In this document: piece by piece, positions 35,581 to 42,208 of the stretch
How the letters are laid out: each line of letters starts with the position of its first letter
How positions within the stretch are numbered: the first letter of the stretch is position 1
Assembly: GCA_013166775.1 (NCBI GenBank)
Contig: JABLTJ010000030.1
Location: forward strand, 1 to 42,208
Length of the DNA stretch: 42,208 nucleotides
From: Promethearchaeati archaeon
GTDB lineage: Archaea; Asgardarchaeota; Heimdallarchaeia; Heimdallarchaeales; Heimdallarchaeaceae
Reading direction: 5' to 3'
Translations under genes and position numbers: made by a program
The notes under the pieces: generated by a model
Databases searched by the model: none
What the model saw: the letters and a program-made list of their open reading frames with translations, nothing else
What the model was told of the DNA's origin: nothing

Positions 35581-37059
35581 ATGGACAATTCTCCTCAAGA
35601 TGAACCTCAAACATTCGCAAGCTTTCTAAATTTAGTTAAGAAACTTGAGAAAGTTATCCAAGAAACTCCAGAACTATCCAAAGAAGAGAAAGTAAAAGAG
35701 GAGGATTCCAAAGGCATTAGTGGAGATATATCAGCTTCTGAAGAACTTGCATCTGCACAAATAGTAAAAGAAAGCGAGCTAGAAGAATTTGAAAAACACA
35801 CTGATAAAATAAAAAAAGAAGAGGGAGAAATAAAAATTAAAGAAAAGAGTAAACTGAAAGAAGGTACGATCGAGTATCTACTAAAGATAGAGGAACAATT
35901 AATTCAGTATTATTCAGGTACGGAAGTACAGTTAGAAGATTTTTATTTCAAGATTGAAGATATAAGTGACGAACAGATAGTTAGAAAGATAAAATCGAAA
36001 TTTCATTCCTTGGAAAACATTTCTATTAGAAAAAAACTCAACTTAGGATTTCCTTTTGCTCTGTTCAAGATTGATGGTAAATATAAAATCACAGTTCCTA
36101 TTAGCACAGGAGAGATGGCTATACCTGCATATGTGGAAGGTTCAAGAAAACATCTTAAACTGCAATCAATTGGATCTAAAGATATACCATCCTTAGACTC
36201 AAACGAGATTAACATCTGGAATCAAGCAATGAGTAAATTACAGTTGAAAATTGCGCAGATACTTAATTTTAAGGCAAAAGATGACCTTAGAAAAATAAGT
36301 CCAAAAGATATACAATTAGTTGATGCAGATATTCTTACAATTCAAGAATTCATCAAAGGATATGAGAAAAAAATAATAGACGTGAAAAGCTTCAGTAATG
36401 AAATTTACACCTTTCTAGATGAATTAAAACAGAAAATTCCAGAGGGAGAAGGAATATGGAAGGATTTTGAAGAATTTCTTGAAGCTTCAACAAATCTGAA
36501 AGAACAAATAGCAAGTTTACAGAAAAAACATAAAGAATTAAGCAAGGAAACACAGATTGAGTATCTGAAACTAAGAAAAGATCAAAGACAGATTAATGGA
36601 AAAACGAAGAGATATAAAATAGAAGAAAAAAGAGGGAAGGAAATAACAAGAGAAAAGAAAAAGGCTTTAGTCACAAACTTAAGAGAATTTCAAAGCAAGA
36701 AAAAACATCTGCAAAGAGACATAGATAAAGCAAAAGAGATTCAAGATACAGTTGATTTATGGAATGAAATCTTGTTGTCAGAAGACCAGCAAACTGCAAC
36801 ACAAAAAATAAGAGAAAATTATGACTTAGCATTGTTTTCATCTATTAATGGATTGTTGGAAGAAGGAGCAGGAGAAGACATCTTTGGTAAAATCAGAGAA
36901 TTTGAAACATCTATTGATCAAATTACCATTCATGTAATTTATATTCCAGCAATAATTTGTGAGTTTAGAGCTGTTCAAAACGAGAAAAAGATTGAAGGAA
37001 AAATGGCTTACTTTAATTTAACAAAAGAAATTACGTTCTTCAAACCAGCTTTAGTATAA
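35581..37059 (+). CDS. Hypothetical coiled-coil protein (492 aa)
   Basis: Acidic N-terminus, beta-rich segment, long central coiled coil, beta-rich C-terminus (HVIYIPAIICEF). Confidence 0.8.
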   Translation: MDNSPQDEPQTFASFLNLVKKLEKVIQETPELSKEEKVKEEDSKGISGDISASEELASAQIVKESELEEFEKHTDKIKKEEGEIKIKEKSKLKEGTIEYLLKIEEQLIQYYSGTEVQLEDFYFKIEDISDEQIVRKIKSKFHSLENISIRKKLNLGFPFALFKIDGKYKITVPISTGEMAIPAYVEGSRKHLKLQSIGSKDIPSLDSNEINIWNQAMSKLQLKIAQILNFKAKDDLRKISPKDIQLVDADILTIQEFIKGYEKKIIDVKSFSNEIYTFLDELKQKIPEGEGIWKDFEEFLEASTNLKEQIASLQKKHKELSKETQIEYLKLRKDQRQINGKTKRYKIEEKRGKEITREKKKALVTNLREFQSKKKHLQRDIDKAKEIQDTVDLWNEILLSEDQQTATQKIRENYDLALFSSINGLLEEGAGEDIFGKIREFETSIDQITIHVIYIPAIICEFRAVQNEKKIEGKMAYFNLTKEITFFKPALV

Positions 37060-37101
37060 TAAAAGATAAATTCGTTTGTATAATAAAAGATAAATTCGTT
37101 T
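37054..37101. repeat. Perfect 24-bp tandem duplication spanning a stop codon
   Basis: GTATAATAAAAGATAAATTCGTTT at 37054-37077 and again at 37078-37101. Confidence 0.95.
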
Positions 37102-37150
37102 TTTATGCCATTAAACACATTTATTAGTGCATCTTTTTTTGTTTATTCAG

Positions 37151-37942
37151 ATGACGAAAAACATTGTGGTCTGTAAAAACCTAACAAAAACGTTTCAAGT
37201 GGGTAATAGCACAGTTCAGGCAGTTAACGGATTGTCTGTAAATTTCAAGGAAGGTGAATTCTCTTCAATTGTAGGACCAAGTGGGAGTGGGAAGACTACA
37301 CTGTTAAATCTTATCGGAACACTAGAGATTCCAACCACTGGAAGCATTACCATAAATGGAACTAATTTAAACAAACTTACTAAAGCAGATTCACCTAAAT
37401 CTGCATCTAAGAAAGGATTCATGGGAACGATTAAATCTTTACAGAGGAGACAGATTACATCAGAATTAACTAACTTCAGAAGAAAAAATCTAGGGTTCGT
37501 TTTCCAATTCTTTAACCTAGTTGAAGGATTAACAAGTTTTGAAAACATAGAATTACCTCTAGTATTCGATTCTATACCATTCGAAACCAGGAAAAAGAAA
37601 GTCGATGGAATTATTGAAGAATTTGAATTAGATTATCTTAGGGAGAAATTCCCAGAAGAATTGAGTTCAGGAGAAAGACAAAGAGTAGCAATTATGAGAG
37701 CCCTGATAAATGATCCATTCTTGCTTCTAGCGGATGAGCCAACGGGAAACCTGGATACGAAAACAGGACAAACAATACTGGATTTATTTCAAGACCTTAA
37801 CAAAGAAAAGGGTACTGCAATTATTCTAGTAACTCATGATCTCTCAGCAGCAAAAAGAGCAAGAAGAATTTTGCATATGCATGATGGGAAAATTTCTTTT
37901 GATCAAATCAACGAGGAACCTGTTCAAGAGGAAGTAGAATGA
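37151..37942 (+). CDS. ABC transporter ATP-binding protein, LolD/MacB-like
   Basis: GPSGSGKT, GFVFQFFNL, LSSGERQRVAI, LLADEPTGNLD, VTHD; ATG at 37151. Confidence 0.95.
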   Translation: MTKNIVVCKNLTKTFQVGNSTVQAVNGLSVNFKEGEFSSIVGPSGSGKTTLLNLIGTLEIPTTGSITINGTNLNKLTKADSPKSASKKGFMGTIKSLQRRQITSELTNFRRKNLGFVFQFFNLVEGLTSFENIELPLVFDSIPFETRKKKVDGIIEEFELDYLREKFPEELSSGERQRVAIMRALINDPFLLLADEPTGNLDTKTGQTILDLFQDLNKEKGTAIILVTHDLSAAKRARRILHMHDGKISFDQINEEPVQEEVE

Positions 37943-38140
37943 TTCAACTGAGAATGTATTCTAAACCAGTTAGAATGCTTTTTCACGGTATCGGCAGAGA
38001 TAGACCGTGAATTAAGAGATATATATACTTTTTCCATTGCCTCTTCATAAGTCTTATAAAGGCATGTTAGTCATTTTTTCATAACACTGAGTGAAAATTA
38101 CTCCATAAAGTGTTAAAAATATTCTTCGCGGAGTATTATC

Positions 38141-39148
38141 ATGTCGCTAAGAGGTTATATAATTAGAAGAGTCATTTATATAGTCCCAATTATGCTAGGC
38201 GTAACTTTGATGAACTTTACACTAATTAACATAAGTCCAGGAGATCCAGTAATTATACGGATTGGGCTTATACATTGTGAAACAGAAGATTGTTACAACG
38301 CTGCGTATAACAGAGAAGCAATATCAATGGGATTATTAGATAGTGATCTATATACAGTACCTTGGTTTAAACGATATGTCGACTTTGTGAGTGATCTGCT
38401 TAGGTTAGATTTTGGAACTAGCTGGTATTATACTAAAGCGGGTACAGGTAGACCGATAACACAAATTATTCAAGAACATGCAAAATATACTATTATTTTG
38501 AATGTAGTATCATTTTTGATGTCATTATTGCTAGCTACAGCAATAGGAGTGGTTTCATCCACAAGACAAAATTCGTTCTGGGATAGATCGTTAACTATTG
38601 CAATGCTACTTGGATACGCTATGCCCCTATTTTGGTTGGCAAAATTAATTATGCTAGTATCATATTATCTATTCGATTTCACTGGAGTAGCAGAAGGGGA
38701 TGCGTTCACAGAACCGATCTTGCTGAATGGGCAGTTTTACAAATATCTGATACTGCCAACGCTAGCACTAACAATTGGAGGGCTAGTATTTATGGCAAGA
38801 TTAGTACGATCTCAGCTGCTGGAAATCTTAAGACAAGATTATATTACGACGGCGAAAGCGAAAGGTCTAGACAGCAGAGCAGTAATTTACAAACACGCTT
38901 TTAGGAATGGATTATTACCAATAGTTACAATCATTGGAAGCTCCTTGCCAGGATTACTAGGAGGATCAGTCATGATCGAACGAGTCTTCGGTTGGCCAGG
39001 TCTAGGAACAATATTCCTCAACGGAGCCTTGTTCCGGGATTATCCTTTGATGATGGCTACGAACACGATCTTTCCGTTCCTTTTCCTAATAGCTAGGTTA
39101 CTGACGGACATTACGTATGTATTCATTGACCCGAGGATTAAATATTAA
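38141..39148 (+). CDS. oppB: Oligo/dipeptide ABC transporter permease (OppB/DppB)
   Basis: YIIRR, PGDP, DFGTS, EILRQDYITTAKAKGL...KHAFRN, IERVFGWPGLG, DPRIKY. Confidence 0.95.
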   Translation: MSLRGYIIRRVIYIVPIMLGVTLMNFTLINISPGDPVIIRIGLIHCETEDCYNAAYNREAISMGLLDSDLYTVPWFKRYVDFVSDLLRLDFGTSWYYTKAGTGRPITQIIQEHAKYTIILNVVSFLMSLLLATAIGVVSSTRQNSFWDRSLTIAMLLGYAMPLFWLAKLIMLVSYYLFDFTGVAEGDAFTEPILLNGQFYKYLILPTLALTIGGLVFMARLVRSQLLEILRQDYITTAKAKGLDSRAVIYKHAFRNGLLPIVTIIGSSLPGLLGGSVMIERVFGWPGLGTIFLNGALFRDYPLMMATNTIFPFLFLIARLLTDITYVFIDPRIKY

Positions 39149-39157
39149 GGTGAGTAG

Positions 39158-40225
39158 ATGGCAACTATTGAAAATATTGAAACTGATGAATTCATTTTAG
39201 ACGAAAAAACCTTAAGAGAAATCGAAACCATGAAAGGTGCCGGTCAATGGTCGATTGTTTGGAGACGTATCAAGAAAGACAAAATGGGGATGTTAGGTCT
39301 CTATATTGTTATTTTTCTTATACTCATGGCTTTTGCCTCATGGATACTTCTTCAATTCGATACATGGTTAACCAAGCCAGAAGTAGGGCTTCTTTGGGGA
39401 AATCCAGACAACCCTGCAAGTCTAAATAATCTGTATATTGAATTATGGATACCTGGACTAAACAAAGCAAATCCTGTAGTTTTATTCAACCACCCAACCT
39501 ACCAGTTCGCTGATCAAGTAAAACTTCCACCATCATTTATGCACCCATTTGGTACAGATGCCAATGGTCAAGACATGTTATCCAGAGTTTTCTTTGGAGC
39601 AACAAATTCATTAGCTCTTGGTTTTATAGGTCAGATGACCACTGTAGTCATTGGAACGGTTTTAGGTTCCATTGCTGGTTTTTACGGAGGAATTATTGAC
39701 GACATTCTACAAAGGGTAATCGAACTACTGTACTCTATGCCCCAATTTATTTTGATGATCTTCATCATCGTTCTATTCGAAGACATTAAAGTGCCGGGTG
39801 GTAAGTATGCAGTAGTAGTTATTTTCTTCGCCCTTATCGGGTGGGGAGGAACGGCGTTGATTATTCGGTCAAACTTCTTCTCGCTGAAAGAACAGGATTT
39901 CGTGGAGGCAGAACGGGCGCTCGGAGCGTCGGATTTGAGGATTATCTTCAAACATATTCTGCCGAATTCACTAGCACCGTTGATTATTATCGTAACGCTA
40001 GGTATAGCAGGAACAATCTTTTTGTTCGCAGCCTTAGCCTTCTTCGGCTTTGGTGACGCAACCATTGTTTCCTGGGGTGACGATCTTAATAAATGGCAAG
40101 ATCAATTGCTAGAGTATCCGTGGATGCCAATGTTCCCGGCTTTGTTTATTTTCTTTACGGTATTAGGATTCAATCTATTTGGTGACTCTTTAAGAGATGC
40201 TTTAGATCCAAGACTGAAGGATTAA
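39158..40225 (+). CDS. oppC: Oligo/dipeptide ABC transporter permease (OppC/DppC)
   Basis: HPFGTDANGQD, DFVEAERALGASDLRIIFKHILPN, GFNLFGDSLRDALDPR; SD AGGTGA. Confidence 0.95.
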   Translation: MATIENIETDEFILDEKTLREIETMKGAGQWSIVWRRIKKDKMGMLGLYIVIFLILMAFASWILLQFDTWLTKPEVGLLWGNPDNPASLNNLYIELWIPGLNKANPVVLFNHPTYQFADQVKLPPSFMHPFGTDANGQDMLSRVFFGATNSLALGFIGQMTTVVIGTVLGSIAGFYGGIIDDILQRVIELLYSMPQFILMIFIIVLFEDIKVPGGKYAVVVIFFALIGWGGTALIIRSNFFSLKEQDFVEAERALGASDLRIIFKHILPNSLAPLIIIVTLGIAGTIFLFAALAFFGFGDATIVSWGDDLNKWQDQLLEYPWMPMFPALFIFFTVLGFNLFGDSLRDALDPRLKD

Positions 40226-40230
40226 GAACC

Positions 40231-40277
40231 CTTCTTTCAAATCCTTTTTTCTTTTTCACTTCGTTTCTTTAGTGGGA
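40231..40277 (+). terminator. Pyrimidine/T tracts, probable terminator after oppC
   Basis: CTTCTTTC...CCTTTTTTCTTTTTC...TTTCTTT directly after the stop codon. Confidence 0.5.
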
Positions 40278-40455
40278 TAATTTTCTCTCCTTTTTTAATC
40301 AATTTACAGATTATAGTTTGATAAGCTACTCTTGCTTATCATATCCTTTGGTAGACTATATTTCCAAAACGGATGTAGACCATTCAAAGGGAGGGGGATT
40401 TTTTTCTGAAAATTTTTGTGTATTTAAAGTAATTTGCTTATAATATATTGGGAAA

Positions 40456-41235
40456 ATGACAACTATCACAAACAAAATACATTTGGAACCTATAACCATT
40501 GAAAGAAGCGTTACCGATACTCCTCTTTTTTTAATCAACGGTAGACTCGAACGATTGGATTGGCGCAAGAACCAACACCATTTCTTCAGATTTCTTGAAG
40601 AGCTGCCTAAGATACTTAGAAGAGATGTTCCCGAGAATGTATTCAATGAAGTAATGCTGCACTATCAGAACCTCAACAATCTTTTACTCGAGAGTCATCT
40701 CCATGATGAGAGTTTCAATAATGGAAATATGCTAACCTACTTTTTAGCTTTATTAGAATATCACACAACGCTTCATGGTAGAGAGATTCAGTTCAAGAAT
40801 CTCAGACGTATCTTTAGATTATGGGGTATTGACGATAACTTTACTTTCTATTTGCGAAGGATAACCCAAGCTAGAGAAAGATTGGAAACCGCTGAATTAC
40901 TTAAATTTGACCCACTTAGCTCCCTCGATGAACTCCAGAAGAAGATTAACCACCTCATTGATTATTTATCCCTTAAACTTCCTATCAAGAATGATGATCT
41001 TGAGAGAATTAGAGAAAGGGTTACAAAACTCCTTGACAAACGTATCATTCCCTATGCAAGTATACAAGATGCCGGACTTACAATGATAGTTGCATCTTTC
41101 CCAGAATATCTAGAAATTCCCGCTCTCAAGCTCTACTTCTTGCTGAATCTTAGAGAAGAATTGAAGGTAGATTTGAATGCTCTGAGAAAAAGAGTGCAAA
41201 GATACAGAGTGAGACTTAAGGAAAAGAATCTTTGA
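40456..41235 (+). CDS. All-helical protein, possibly a highly divergent TFB/TFIIB cyclin-fold paralog lacking the zinc ribbon
   Basis: Intact 259-aa ORF; weak colinearity with the TFB core, including terminal HTH-like LNLREELKVDLNALRKRVQRY. Confidence 0.5.
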   Translation: MTTITNKIHLEPITIERSVTDTPLFLINGRLERLDWRKNQHHFFRFLEELPKILRRDVPENVFNEVMLHYQNLNNLLLESHLHDESFNNGNMLTYFLALLEYHTTLHGREIQFKNLRRIFRLWGIDDNFTFYLRRITQARERLETAELLKFDPLSSLDELQKKINHLIDYLSLKLPIKNDDLERIRERVTKLLDKRIIPYASIQDAGLTMIVASFPEYLEIPALKLYFLLNLREELKVDLNALRKRVQRYRVRLKEKNL

Positions 41236-41327
41236 TTTCAAATAAATCTAAGTAAAGTTTATAGGTGTTTTTACACTTAATTTCCTAGGTCTGTGGTAGG
41301 TGGAATAATGAGTAGAAGTAAGTATGC

Positions 41328-42208
41328 TTGTTGTTTTGTCTATTTCTTGTTCTTCTTAATGCTAGTATTATTTACGCAGCAGAAATCCCTCCTGAAGAAC
41401 CCTTTTTCACCTTAACTCTTGTTGCAAACCCTCTGTATGAATCTGCTGAATATGCACTTTTGGTTGCTGATTATTTAAAGGATATCAACATAATAGTTGA
41501 TATTCAGTATTCTACTGAAATACCACCCTTACGCAACTCTAACTGGGATTTACTTTTTGGGGAGTTTCCTTGGAAATCAGAAAAAGAAGATATGCGATCA
41601 ATGTTTACTGAGGATGGAGCACTTAACATATTTGGTTTAAATACTGAAATTCCTTATGGCAATGAAAGCGAACAGTTGCAAAATTTGGCTATTTCCACAT
41701 CTGATCCTGATGAAGGATTCAATGCACTTGATGATTGGTGTAAACTTCTTATGGATAAGATCCTCCCCTTTTTACCTTGCTTTGGTCCAAGAATGTATAA
41801 TGCTATCTGGTCTAATATCGAGGAGTATGATATGAGATGGGGACTTGCTGAATCTTCACCATATATGAACTATAATGGTTATCATGAAATGCAAGAATCC
41901 CTTGATGAGTTCAACTTTGCAGATTCTATGTTTCAGGATTTAAATCCTTTATCTAGTGATGATGATGCAAGTGATTTCATCATAAGTCTAATAACAGAAC
42001 CTTTGCTCATTTGGAGTCCTGATAATGCCCCACTTAAATTCGGACTGATTGTTGACTGGGAACAAATTGCAGATGATCATTTCAAATTTTACATGAGAGA
42101 TAACATTTTCTGGAACCCATCATATAACATAACTTTGAACCATGATGATTCAATGCCTATAGAAAGTTCTCCATTTATGTACGGATTAAAGGGAGAGCAC
42201 AGCAATGG
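41328..42208 (+). CDS. Family 5 (OppA/DppA-like) solute-binding protein, partial and running off the window; missing from the ORF track
   Basis: Open frame from TTG 41328 to the end: signal-like LLFCLFLVLLNASIIYA, then VADYLKDINIIVDI, LLMDKILPFLP, DLNPLSSDDDAS..IISLITEPLL, GLIVDWEQI..DHFKFYMRDNIFW. Confidence 0.85.
   Translation, partial: MLFCLFLVLLNASIIYAAEIPPEEPFFTLTLVANPLYESAEYALLVADYLKDINIIVDIQYSTEIPPLRNSNWDLLFGEFPWKSEKEDMRSMFTEDGALNIFGLNTEIPYGNESEQLQNLAISTSDPDEGFNALDDWCKLLMDKILPFLPCFGPRMYNAIWSNIEEYDMRWGLAESSPYMNYNGYHEMQESLDEFNFADSMFQDLNPLSSDDDASDFIISLITEPLLIWSPDNAPLKFGLIVDWEQIADDHFKFYMRDNIFWNPSYNITLNHDDSMPIESSPFMYGLKGEHSN

Noticed and set aside
2470-40646. Numerous short antisense or out-of-frame ORFs in the ORF track (e.g. 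21026-21490, 16956-17357, 39682-40065, 22037-22351)
   Set aside because: They overlap well-supported genes, have shadow-ORF composition (S/I/F-rich) and carry no motifs
1-42208. CRISPR array, tRNA/rRNA genes, transposases or integrases
   Set aside because: No regularly spaced repeats, no cloverleaf with a T-loop consensus, no long GC-rich structural RNA and no DDE or tyrosine-recombinase motifs seen

Overview
AT-rich, gene-dense archaeal chromosome segment, very probably from an Asgard archaeon (Heimdallarchaeia-like; this is inferred from gene content, not from a phylogeny). Archaeal housekeeping genes (hisS, thermosome, a RadA-family gene, eS25, fhs, type-2 IPP isomerase, aRqc2/RqcH, CDP-alcohol phosphatidyltransferase, fprA, Opp ABC permeases) are interleaved with eukaryotic-signature genes: an Arf-like GTPase with a C-terminal longin-like domain, a Rab-like GTPase with a coiled-coil tail, an EMC6-like protein, and a folliculin/SMCR8-like longin domain fused to a V4R domain. 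I saw no rRNA, tRNA, CRISPR array, transposase or integrase. Best candidates for something new: (1) the longin(LARG arginine-finger motif)-V4R fusion at 14693-15931, which overlaps a motif-degenerate MfnF-like ASKHA gene and may form a ligand-gated GTPase-regulating module; (2) an unannotated dual-guide C/D-box sRNA at about 23078-23140, whose guides are complementary to 23S rRNA helix 69 and the helix 70/71 region and whose D guide predicts methylation of the A1913 equivalent (yeast Am2256). Other observations: a decayed duplicate of the fhs 3' end flanking an inserted gene, an abrupt synonymous-codon switch inside fhs, a deletion scar fusing two pseudogenes, many paralogs with eroded catalytic motifs, and an apparently permuted OppA-like protein. 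All family assignments come from recognising motifs by eye; no database search was run.
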